A stretch of 61,793 bases of DNA, the filler included, from Dugesia japonica (lineage: Eukaryota), in the NCBI GenBank assembly GCA_001938525.1. It is 6 parts of 6 records of this genome, joined end to end, with 100 filler letters (N's around TTAATTAATTAA, not from the genome) between each part and the next. Parts side by side here need not be neighbours in the genome. Positions count along the whole stretch, not along the records: positions 48,837 to 61,793 come from MQRL01641042.1; 5 more parts are not named here. The stretch is one strand, 5' to 3'. Positions 50,039 through 61,793 of this stretch are shown here, one piece after another. Made by a program: the position numbers and the translations under genes. The notes under the pieces were generated by a model. It had not been told where the DNA came from. It saw nothing but the letters and a program-made list of their open reading frames with translations, and ran no database searches. The stretch's first letter is position 1. The number at the start of each line of letters is the position of its first letter.

Positions 50039-52988
50039 CAACTGAAACAAAAATATAATGCCGGATTTATAGTTATGACTTAGAGAACCATCACACAACA
50101 GATAAGGGTCTGGTCTGGGAATTAGGAGTTATCTGTTGACAGACAGGCGGGGTAGTCATCGGTCAAAGAACCCGGCGACCCCTTGTTATTGGTCGGTTAG
50201 TAATATATTACTGGCTAGAACCAAGTCGTCGATCGATTTGACTCGGGAGCTCTTGGGATCTATTTTGTAATTAAACGAGAAATCGATACACGCATGCCAG
50301 GTCCGGATAATCGTAAACGTCATTATATATATACTGAGCCTTATTAACTGGTATGGCCAAGTTTATAATGGAGATCGGAAACGCATGGGGGTTTATCCAC
50401 TTTTTCGGAATACTAAATATTATCACGTCTAGAATAATAATGCTAATACTTATCATTCGGTCAATAGCCAAGCCAGGTTCGATGTGCTGGAAGCAGGCGT
50501 AATTATCGTCATGAGAAAATTGAAACCATTACCGCCTATAATAAGGCTAATATTAAGATTACTAGAAACAATGATAAGTAAGTTAGTACTAGATCGTGAA
50601 TCAACCACTTTATAATAGTGAGAAGAGTAGGACAATTAATAATAACTTGATTGATGTGGAATTCACGGTTACCACTCGACCTAGCAGTGAGAGAAGCTTC
50701 GTCGAAAAATCCTCTCTATTTCCCATAATATTTTGGTATAAAATTTTAATAACTCCGCTTCTTATCCACATAAATATTTCACTTCCAATAACGCGGCCGC
50801 ATCAATTAGTTAAATTAGTTATTCCTTATTTTAATATATAAGATTACGCATGGCCGTTATTTTAATTATAATTGTTGCTAATTAATGGGAATGTTAACAC
50901 CGATTTTACTGATTTAAAAATTACGCCTGTCGCTATAGGGATTATCCAAGGTCGTTTCCAGCTCACTGTGTGTATGCGCGTGATGTGTGTTGAGTTATTT
51001 GTCTTGTATACTGCGATCGTTAGTAGCATCGTAATTAGTCATGAGACATTGCTATAACACACGGTGAGTGTTGTCAGATAGATGCATTTAGTCTAGTTTA
51101 TGGCATGCTGAGGCTTTTTGTCAACGAATTTATCTCCAAGTGGAGTTAGTTTTTTCTCAGCTTTCATTATTACTGAACTAATGGTATTCGTAGGTCAGAA
51201 TAGTGATTTGCATCCACAGTGGATTTTAGTGTTAGCTCCTGATCGCTGCATCTCGGTTGTTTATCAACGCATAGGAATCTAATTGAAAATTCATCGCTCG
51301 CTGAACAACTATCTGTAGACTACTGCAAGGACAAATCACTTAATATCAGAGCTTAAAAGTTGATTCTGGAATTATAATATTTTATACTGACAACCGTAAT
51401 GAAATTTGGTTCTATTCTCGTGCGATAGATTTTAGATGTGATGCTTGGTCTTGTTAATTCCCGATGATGGAGTTTTTGGGATAGAATCGAGCCGATTAAC
51501 AGATAGATATTTATGTATGCTATAATGACGGATCAAGTGTGTTTTGTCGACTTATGATTTTTCCTCACGTAATGGTTATGCTGGAAATATATATTTTTTT
51601 TTAATTCTGGTTTCGGGGTAATTTTACTTTATTAATCAAATTTTTAGTTTATTTTTGAATCATTGATTTTAGTTAAGTAAAAATAAAGGAAAATATTCCC
51701 CTCGTACTCTCGTAGAAATCTTAATATAATAATCGCATTTTAGAATCCTCTCTTTTGTCTTCTGTCTAAAGTAAAACTAAAATTGAATTGGTAGACAAAA
51801 AATAGCTAAGTTTCCTGAGAGTCCGATTGGTACGTTCGATTATTTTCCTTATCGGAACATTAGAGTGATTATATTTAAAAAGGGGTAGCTCGTAGATTAT
51901 GATTATTCATTTTTATTTTATATAACATTATTAATTCAAATTACCAAACTCATTTTTATATAACCATTTATTAAAATTATTTCATAACAATAATAAAATT
52001 ACCAAAGCAAAAATTACTTATTTATAATCCTGGCGAAATCAACAATGAAAGTTAGACTCGTTCTGCAACGGTACGTAATGGGGGTCCTAGGTTTATCCGA
52101 AAAGCTTGATTGATAATCCAAATTCTGCGATGGCGTAATATGGCTATTCTTCTTCTAGAATAATTTTGATAGGAATCAGTTTATTATATCCCGACTCTTA
52201 CCGGTAGATTTTCCTTTCTTTTCTTTTTCACCAAATATGACTCAAGTAATTCGATAATGCCTTTTTAGGATTCGTGACCGATAGTTTTCTTATAATAAGA
52301 GTTTTCGTATCGGTTTCAAATTTTTGCGTATAATTCTACGACTTAGTAAATGAATAAAATGTGTGGTATTTTCATCTAAGATTGAAGGTCCTTTTATAGG
52401 ATTTTGTGTACACCACTACTGGTTCTTAGATTTGCCAGTATTNNNNNNNNNNNNNNNNNNNNNNNNNNNNNNNNNNNNNNNNNNNNNNNNNNNNNNNNNN
52501 NNNNNNNNNNNNNNNNNNNNNNNNNNNNNNNNNNNNNNNNNNNNNNNNNNNNNNNNNNNNNNNNNNNNNNNNNNNNNNNNNNNNNNNNNNNNNNNNNNNN
52601 NNNNNNNNNNNNNNNNNNNNNNNNNNNNNNNNTTCTGGAAGGTGGTATGTTTTTTCTTTGTAGGGTCCTAGTTGCACCGATGGATTCTCTTTCGGATTTT
52701 TCTTGTTTGATCGTTTTCTGACCACCAGGATTGGAGTTATTGGCCAGAAACATATTTTTTACCCATTTTCGTTTATTTTTGTTTTCAAATTAATTAATTT
52801 GTTGGTATTAATTAATTATTTTTTGTATTATTTTTTCTGGTTATTTCTTTTTGATTTAATAATTTCCTTTAATTATTGAGCATAATAACTTCCATTTTCT
52901 TTCCATACCTTTTTTTTTATTTTTCTTTTATTGTGGTATTTTGTGCTTCATCTTCTTCCTGGTTTATTAGGGGGTGTTTCACCCCAAC

Positions 52989-52989
<1 letters not shown>

Positions 52990-53040
<51 letters not shown>

Positions 53041-53090
53041 NNNNNNNNNNNNNNNNNNNNNNNNNNNNNNNNNNNNNNNNNNNNNNNNNN

Positions 53091-53158
<68 letters not shown>
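52990..53158. repeat. (AAT)n microsatellite (others at about 1588-1624, 4661-4726, 20287-20397, 48670-48736)
   Basis: Seen directly; most abut N gaps. Confidence 0.95.
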
Positions 53159-53159
53159 C

Positions 53160-53275
53160 CTATAACGGAATTGAAAAATTAACTTTTTTTTCAGTAGTTT
53201 TTTTTACGAAATTTTATTACATATACAGAGGCAATGGTTTAATTTTTCAATTCCGTTATAGCGAAATTCCGTATA
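53160..53275. mobile_element. MITE remnant with a perfect 23-bp inverted repeat
   Basis: CTATAACGGAATTGAAAAATTAA (53160-53182) / TTAATTTTTCAATTCCGTTATAG (53239-53261); the right end resembles a pogo/Tigger-type terminus. Confidence 0.6.
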
Positions 53276-55133
53276 CATAGTTTAGCTAAAGAGAGGTATG
53301 ATTGTATTAAATTATAAATATTTTTTGAATTTTAGAGACATTTGTGTTTTTAAATGCATTATTTTATAGAAATATTGATATGAGTTAATTTGTTTAATCG
53401 CTTCTGGCTTTATTGTTAGACCACATTGTGTTGAAACTGCTCTTCTCAGATTACTCCTCATATTCCTTTTTGTGGAGAATAATGGATTTAAGTTTGATAT
53501 TGATATTGTTTTTTATAACCCATTCCTCCTCTCCTGGTGAAATCAATTTAAGTATGCCGATTACAGCTGATCAACATTTTAGTTAATCGGCTTTAATGAA
53601 CCTTAACTAGCCGATTGTGGTTACTTAGTGACGTATTTTGAGTGCGAAACGATTTCAGAAATATTGCGTACAGCTTGATGAGACTTAGTTATTGGGCTTT
53701 AATTGAATCTACTTTACTTTTTTCTTTATCCTTTTTGCGTCTTGTTTGGCGAAACCCCGAGAATATAAAATAATTAAACTTTCCGCTACTGAGAAAAAAT
53801 AGCTATGATCAAAAGTGTAAAAACTGTTCTCAGTTTCTTGGAAAGAGTTTAGTTGTTATTCTGCATTTGTCATCTAAGCCTACCGCGGTAGCTTACATAA
53901 TTATATTGTGAGTGAAGGTACAAATTCTGATAATAATTGAATCAACCAGTTAAGTGAGTTGGGTGATTTGAATACAATTGTGATTAGCTATTTTTTTAGT
54001 GTCCCCCTAAATGAAGAGTATTCTGATTGGAAATGCACTCAATATTCTTATCTTTTTTTTGTGGTTTTTGACAGCTTTTAGCTGACCGAACCAAGTTCTC
54101 AATGTCTTGGGGAAGATTTTCTGGCTTGAAAGATGGCCTTTGTTATCATCGCGCATATTGCGTTTAGTATTGAATATTCATTTTTCAAACTTTTCACAAA
54201 AACCAACTCAATTTGTTTTTGAATAAATGTATTATGAAGACTTGCAATAGGGTCAGCCCAAACAAAAGAGGAGCTCGGTGAAAAGTTTCATACAAGAAAT
54301 AATAATAAAAAATTGTTGTTTTAGTTTTACTATATACATATATTAATATTACACTAGGAAATCTTTTATTAATACAATTAATTATGTTTTAAATTATTAT
54401 TAAGTTATTTATGGTATTTGTTTTTAAAACAAAAGACAAAAATAATTTAGTAATGACTAGGGCAATCTTTTATTTACCATGTAAAAAAGAAAAATATGAC
54501 TTTTTTGGCCAATATACGGACTTAATAATGAAATATTTTTACTCATTATACCAATTTTCACTAATCTTTCTTCTATGTACACTTTGATATGACATGGATC
54601 TTTACTAATGACATTTATTCAAAAATGACAACGATGTAGGGCCTTGTGTGGTCGCATCGGCCTCCAGCCGGCCTAAACTTACAGCATTGTNAATTAAACT
54701 AATGCGTAATATCGATGAAAACTGAAAATCTTCAACATTATATTACATAAAAGAAATATATAACCATATCTATGTGTATTATACTATACATTCAGCTTCA
54801 CTTGCAATACACTATGAAAATTTGTTCTTGAGACTCTAATGAATTTAGAATTAAATTATTAAACGAGCAAATGATTCGGTAATTTTTCGTTAATAATTTC
54901 AAGAATAGTTTCAATTTAAGTTTATTCTATTTTCTCATATTTTCAAACTCACTCATTCAAAGAATTATTCCTAAAAGACATTTTTCATTAGGTTACTTTT
55001 TTTGAAAATGGTTGCATATAGTCCATCTTATATAGTCAATCTTTAAATATTCGAAAATTTACATTTACATCAGATATTATTTGTTATTTCTTAATGATTT
55101 TTTTATTTTGATCTTTTGAACAAACTAAACAAT

Positions 55134-55480
55134 TTAGTACTTATAACATGAGCAGTGTCAACTGAGCCTAGTTGGCGTTTGGTTAGAGATAATCCTACAA
55201 ATTTTTAGTGCAAAAAGGAGTCCATCACCTCTTATTTGATTGTTCATGTGTTTTGGTGTTTTCAGTTAAGTCATTTAAAATTCTTTTAGAATTATCTGCC
55301 TTTGAAGAGTTTTCATCGTTAGGTGGTCAAAAAGACACTCAAAATCAGCTTACAGATTCTGAATTTCAACTAGCTGAAATCGTGGTGACTTCCGATTTAC
55401 GGTTCCCAGTAATGGGATTTTCAGTCTGGAAAATGGTTTTTTTAATCGCAGCATATTAATACGTGTAGTTCCATTATTAA
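55134..55480 (+). mobile_element. Second, 5'-truncated copy of the 5S-derived SINE
   Basis: Colinear with 44182-44525: TTAGTACTTATAAC, GTGTCAACTGA, AGTGCAAAA, GAAGAGTTTT, GACACTCAAAATCAGCT, CTAGCTGA, TTCAGTCTG, TGTAG. Confidence 0.8.
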
Positions 55481-56022
55481 TCTTTAGAATAAATTAGACA
55501 TTTTTCAAATCATTTCTTTGAATTATCTTTACGAATTTTCCAGTGTTTGGCATTTATACTCATTGATTATTTACCTGATTGTTCAATAATTCATATTTAA
55601 GATTTAAATTTTGGGGTTTAGAAAAGCCCCTTTAAGTCATTGTTTATTTTTGTTTTTTTTAAAGATTTCTAAAAATACGAGTAAAAACCGAACAATAAAT
55701 ACTTTTTGATAATTAACATCTACAATTAAATTAAAACTTTAAATTTAGAAAGATTGGCACAACTTTTACAGAAAAAATATTCAAAGAAAAATATTTAACA
55801 GAAAAATTTTAAAAATTTAACAGAATATTTAACTTTTAATAAGAAGGTTTTATTTTTTTAAAGTATTATTTTTTGAATAACTATGCCTAACTACAGAGTT
55901 TCTCAAAATTATTAATAAGTTATAGATCTTGCTAAAACATTTTTTAAAATTTAAAATTTTTTATTTTGTGTCAATATAATTTTTTTAAATCAATTTATTG
56001 TAAATTACTATAGTACGACAAT

Positions 56023-56384
56023 CAGTGCGGGATTTAGATGACGGGAGGCCTAAATTGTCCTACCTATGAGGCCCATCCACAGTATAAGTTCTCCATAGAC
56101 TCTGCCCCTTTATATCCCATTTTCATTATTTTAAAACACATGACAAATTACAATAAAACATATCAATACATATCAATACATATAAATATGCACTATGTTG
56201 TGAGTAGTATAATTTATATTATAATTATTACTGTGATTTATAATAAATTTATGCATTAACTAACCTTAAAAATTTTTGTTGGGAGTCAATTTTCATTATA
56301 AACTTATTACACCTCGAATAGAGACCCCTAGAATTCAAGGTTCTAGGCTTAAGCCTAATTAGCCTATAGGTAAATCTGGCACTG
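56023..56384. mobile_element. hAT-type MITE
   Basis: TIRs CAGTGCGGGATTTA / TAAATCTGGCACTG; TSD not clear. Confidence 0.6.
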
Positions 56385-57202
56385 ACTATAAAGGTATCAA
56401 AAAACCAAGACATTGGTTTGATAGATATTTTATAGACGTTTGTATTTATGATCTTGTAAATTAATAGCTAGATTAAAAAGCGAGAAATTAAATCAAGCTG
56501 ACAAAAATAAACAGTTTATTAATTATTTTGAAAAGATTATTAAATATTTTGGGAAAATATGTATATTAAAAGCTAGGAAAAAATTATTACGATTTTTTCC
56601 TGCTTTATATTGTTCGTAATAAATGAAATCGATAAATAATTTCATATTTTTACCGAATGTAATTCATTCATGTTTTTCCTTTTTCAAAAATTCAAGATTT
56701 TTCCTTTTTTTTAAAATCACAATTCAACCTTGAAACCATGCAGCATTATAACAAATACTCGTAATGTTTGTTTAAATAGATCATTTAAACTTTTTTGAAA
56801 ATAAGGATTATAAATAAGGAATAATTTAAGTCAGTTATTTTATTATTAATATGAAGTGTATGTTTAAAACGGGATTTTCAATCAATCGATTTTTATTTCA
56901 AGCTCATTTTCATCATGACAAATATTACTGATCACCCGATATCCGAATCAATTACAAATCTGTCTGCGAAAATCTATCAATATATTTAACCTCTTAACGC
57001 ACATACTCAAGTTAACTCGAGCGCACTAAACGAACCAAAATGTGTACACGCGAGATAATTCAGGTTACATAACATTTTATATAACTGCAATTTCTGTATT
57101 CGAATTTATACTGGAATTTTATTTAATAATCAAAAAATGAAAAAGGTTTTAAAATTTACTGCACCAAAGAAAATATTTATAGCACATGTCAATAGGCTAG
57201 CG

Positions 57203-57598
57203 CAAGGGTCAGCAACGAGTGGCCCATCATATATTTTTGTGTGTCCCACAAGGTAATAAAACATTACATTAAGTCAAGACCTGATAAACAAGAGGGTGCT
57301 GTGAAAATGCACAAGTGCTCTCTCATAGGTTTTAGCAATATGTTTTTGTGGCATACACGTGAATCTTTCTACTTTAAAACAGTGTGAATTATAAGAACTT
57401 TTGGCTTCTACTATAGCCTTTTTGATGAGGAATATCAATTTATTTACTCTACTTTCTGTGAAATAACCGATATTTAAAATAATCACACTTTTCTGCAGTA
57501 TAAAAATTCGACCAGGAAGTAATATATCTGTGTGTGTGTGTGTAAAGATTTTTGAGACTGAAAATGATCCACTATCCTAAAATATTTACCGACCCTTG
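57203..57598. mobile_element. hAT-type MITE
   Basis: TIRs CAAGGGTCAGCAA / TTACCGACCCTTG; TSD not clear. Confidence 0.5.
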
Positions 57599-59739
57599 AT
57601 CTATTGCACAAAAGTGTTGCGTAATTTTTTGCGAAGAATTATTAGTTGTTTCTAAAATGAATTCACATTAATATTTTCATTAATGAAAAAAATTGATATT
57701 TTTTGCGGTAATTTTTCAAAACATTATGCTTTAAGAGATAAAGCGATGCATGTCTATTATTACGATTACCTATAAAATAATTACATAAATAAATATTTAT
57801 TCGGTTTATTTTATAAATATATATAATTTGACTGTATAAAATATAATCTTTAATAAGAATAATTTTCTTAATCCGCCAGTAAACAATATCAAACATCACA
57901 AAAAAAATGTATTCCAAAAGAAAATCCCTCATGAATAAAATTCCAAAATCTAATCCGATTAATATCGAAAAAAATTGGTTTAATATAATCATAGACTAGA
58001 TTTTTATTATTTATTAAATTTAGAAAATTATTATAAATTTAATGAGAAATTTTCAGAAAAAAAAATCTGCCGCAATAATTGAACATTTTAATTTTATCAA
58101 TAATTTCCTGACAAACATTTTCGATAATTAATGNTCAATGGATTTTTATCAAGTCGATTAATATCTGGATCGGATTTCTAAGTATTAAATATAACAATTT
58201 TGTTTAAAGCAGAGACATTTTATTCGGCTATCGATTTCCGGTCAAGATTAAGAATTTCTCAGTAATTGCTATTGATTGTAGTGTGTAAGTATTTATATGT
58301 AAATTTCAAGAAAGAATTTTCATAATAATTATTGATAGAAAATTGGTGATCCCAAAAATAAGTTTTGTGATTCTTGAATATTTGAAAATGTATTGACAGC
58401 ATGACACAATAACTATTAATAAAACTAATGAANNNNNNNNNNNNNNNNNNNNNNNNNNNNNNNNNNNNNNNNNNNNNNNNNNNNNNNNNNNNNNNNNNNN
58501 NNNNNNNNNNNNNNNNNNNNNNNNNNNNNNNNNNNNNNNNNNNNNNCAACCTCTATAAATAATCAATAAAATAATTTTAATGTTGAATCCGTCAACTGAA
58601 CATTAATTTTAGGATTTATTGGAATTATCAACAAAGCTTCATACATCAATCTCCCCAATAATTATTAAATCCACTGAATAAAATTTTAAAATCAGAAAAC
58701 CCTATTGATTTTATACATTTGCTTTGATTCTGATCAATATTACTATTTAGTCTATCCTCTTGAACTTTGGCTCAGAAATGAAGGGATGTCTCTCCAATCT
58801 ATGATGAATTACATCCATTACATTTAAATTGATGGACCAAATCAGAATACAAGCATAAAAATTAAAAAAATTAATTTTTTTAATCAATAAAATAGGTAAT
58901 AAATTTAATGAATACACACCGAATTCAGTCATTGTTGCACAACGGAACGCTAGCAGAAACTACTTACAAATATAATTAGTACATATATTATTTTATTTTA
59001 AAATATTTGTTATTGTTTTTAGCTTTGATATTAAATTTATATACATTAGTTGTATTTTAGTTGTATTATTTTATTATGTTAAATTAAAATTCTAATAAAT
59101 TGCAGTTAACACCGAAAAACTGATAGAAAATCTAAATCTATAATCTAAATGTCCAATTTACTTACTGAATAACTCTGGAACACTCGTACAATAGTATTAA
59201 AATTCAATACTAATTTGTATTAATGTGTTGGAATTAGCAAACCAATGTACCATAACAGTTAACGGATATTTGAATTAGTTTTGAAGCTCCGATTAACTGT
59301 TGGTTTTTGTGTGAAATATACTATATTCATTTGAATTATCTCAATTAATTTTTGACTTAAAGAAAAGGTAATTTTTTTAGTAGTCTATTAGAATTAGGTT
59401 CTGAGCATACATACTCATTCATTTAAAAGTATGATAAAACTACAACAAAAAATATTTTATAAAAACAACTGGATACCTTTTCTTTCAATTCTGATTCCAA
59501 ATTAAAATTGAAAACTATATTTTTTTTAAATTCCACTTTTCTAAACTCAATATTAAAACAATTGAATTATTTCAACACATTTTCTTAATAATTTCCTAAT
59601 TATCAAAAACCTAAAAATATTCAAAAAAATTCTAGACAGTTAGCTACAAACTTTAGATAATAAAATTTAGATGTTCTCTAATTAATTAGTAATCTAAAAA
59701 TTTTGATCAAAGCTTTTATTTTAATTAATTCTAAAAAAT

Positions 59740-61500
59740 GATCAATGGTTACGTCCAACAATTATTCTCGCAATAATTGCAATTGTAAAACAATTATGGC
59801 TGTCGCCATCAACCGTGGACATTTTGATTTATTCAATGGTATAAAAATTTTCAAAATTCAAAATCACATTAAATTCTTAAGTGAATGTAAAAGAAGGAAA
59901 TTAATACCTTTTGGTTTGAGAATTCAAAACCAACTTGATAACACCTTTAATTGTCGCCAATTCTAATAATTGTCCTAATCACGTTTTCAGTTGTTGACTT
60001 TTCTTCGAAAAAAACTTTTTAGTGAAATTAATTATCTGCTAAAAAAATAAACCTCTATCTTTTCCTCTTAATAAATTAGATCAAGAAACGTTTAACAAAT
60101 ATAAAGAAATAAGGTCTCGTAATATTCAAAATGAAATAAGAATTCTACTTACTAAAAAATCTAAAACTGAAGACAATCAAAATCAAAATAAATTCAAATC
60201 AAAGTTTTTGGACAACTGTTCTTCCTTTCAAAAATCTTACTGAACATACATTCACCGACAAACAAATAAATTTACTTAACAAAGGTCCGAGCTACATCCC
60301 GGCCAATTCAAACGTTTCTGAATCATCAAATATTGCAATGATTAAACCTTCATTTACAGATTAAAATGTTAATCAAATAAATTAGAAAATACATCAAATG
60401 AAACATTTAATGATTCCCAAATTTTTTTCATCGAAATGGAATTATACACAAGCACTCAGACGCACTATACAAACTAAAAATTCTCCTATTATAAAAGATG
60501 ATAACAACATTAAGGATCTTAAATTTAAACTATTACAAACATATAAACACAACAAGGATAATAATTTAAAAAGTAATGAAAATCAAATTATCAAAGAAAA
60601 TAAAAATTTAAAATCAATTCATTTAAAATAAAAGCTTCGATCATGAACTTCATTGAAAATGAAATAATTCTTAAATTAAACAAGAAAATTCATCTATGGT
60701 TTAGATACATAGATGATATTTTCTTTGTAACTAAATTTTCTTTAGAGAACATTTTAGAATTAGCCAATAGTATAAATGATAAAATTAAATTCCCTTTAGA
60801 GAAATCAATTGACTTCCAGATTCGTTTTCTGGACACTTTAATCCAAAATAAACCTGGTGAAATATTAACTACCCAATTATATATGAAACCATTTCACAGT
60901 GGACATGCTAGTATATTATCTTAGAGTAGTAATACTACTACCAGCCAGAAAATTGGTATAATTAAAGGTGAAAGAATTCGAGCTGAGAGACTATCTTCAA
61001 ATGAAGAAATGAAATTGATTTCTCTCAAGTTGATAAAAAATAAATTAAAAAATAATGGCTGCTAAATAAAATTATATCAAAAAATTTATCTTTAAATACA
61101 AAACAAAATAAAATCAAACCAAAAATCAACACAGTTATTAAATTACAGAAACCAAGACAAAACTTTTGTGGTCCCAAATTCATTTGTGATGATAGAAATA
61201 TATGTAATAAGAAAATTGTCACCTATAAAATAACACACACCGTTTGTCAAGAAACATATATACGTGAAACATCCAGAACCATCCGAACAAGAATTAAGGA
61301 ATATCTGAAACAAGAAGAAATTGAAGTCTTCAAACACTTTCAACACAAACATAAAATTTCACCAGAACAACATCATATAACATGGAAAACAATAGGAACA
61401 GGCTACATTTCTAAACTACATAGAAAAAAAACATGAAGAAATACTAATCAAAGAAAACAATCCNAAAATAAATACAATATCGAAATATCGAATTGTTATC
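59740..61500 (+). mobile_element. Penelope-like element with an internal deletion of most of the RT
   Basis: N-terminal HIKFLSECKRRKLIPFGLRI and LLNKGPSY; WFRYIDDIFF, FLDTL, LYMKPFHSG; GIY-YIG-like VTYKITHTVCQETYIRETSRTIRTRIKE. Confidence 0.85.
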
Positions 61501-61793
61501 AAAAACCAAAAAAACAAATTTTGAGCGAAGCTTTTACTTTTATTTTAATTAATGGTCTAATTATACTCATATTTAGATGGAAAAATCAAAAAAATTCAAA
61601 AATTACAATTGCGGAATAAACTAGTTTACTATAAAAAACGTTTATTTCATAAACGTTTTGTCTCATTCTATGTAGTTGGAAACTTAAAGATCACAAACTT
61701 GGTTATTTCTTTGAATTATTTTTTAATTTAAATTTTGTTTATAATTTGATTTCCAGTTAGTAGATATTCTTTCAGTTTCTGTACGTTGAGAGG

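Larger units (their letters stand above)
48837..52989 (-). mobile_element. Putative end of a large LTR-like element inserted in an (AAT)n microsatellite
   Basis: The minus strand starts TGTTGGGGTG exactly at the edge of the AAT tract. More than 4 kb of CpG-retaining sequence has no gag/pol in view, and the other end is not in the contig. Confidence 0.4.

Noticed and set aside
51093-51167. 24-aa minus-strand mini-ORF preceded by ttcAG|taataATG, as a fourth cassette member
   Set aside because: Too short to distinguish from chance, and no clear poly(A) signal; worth rechecking with RNA data.
53880-53935. Short similarity to 35590-35640 (CCGCGGTAGC..ATAA) as a tRNA-derived SINE head
   Set aside because: No recognisable B box or cloverleaf, and the match is too short to classify.
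55208-55459. 83-aa ORF
   Set aside because: Lies within the SINE copy; I did not find a matching ORF listed for the other copy.

Overview
Very AT-rich, intron-containing eukaryotic DNA rich in (AAT)n. It is most consistent with an invertebrate such as a planarian flatworm, but that is inference only. The window is not one locus: five identical 100-bp linkers (N44-TTAATTAATTAA-N44) join six contigs (1-12941, 13042-21469, 21570-30993, 31094-40094, 40195-48736, 48837-61793), so adjacency across linkers means nothing. The only clear host gene is the 3' part (5 exons, reading frame consistent) of a FERM/band 4.1-family gene with a repeated YxxP tail. The rest is mostly decayed mobile DNA: mariner and DD37 Tc1/mariner elements, two Polinton/Maverick pieces, Ty3/gypsy gag and pol, Penelope-like elements, hAT transposase and MITEs, a 5S rRNA-derived SINE (two copies) and a histone H4 pseudogene. 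The most unusual feature is a GC-richer cassette at 48837-50100 (minus strand) inside a putative TGTTG-initiated LTR-like element. It holds three small orphan ORFs, each starting 3-4 nt after a 3' splice acceptor. The two complete ORFs have their own AATAAA shortly before the next acceptor. This is operon-like and would be resolved by trans-splicing or alternative last exons. Two of these ORFs share a gapless 63-aa domain (24/63 identical) that I do not recognise. A similar AG|ATG gene architecture occurs at 21570-26200, together with an array of about 13 palindromic 21-mers and a candidate PPT/LTR junction.
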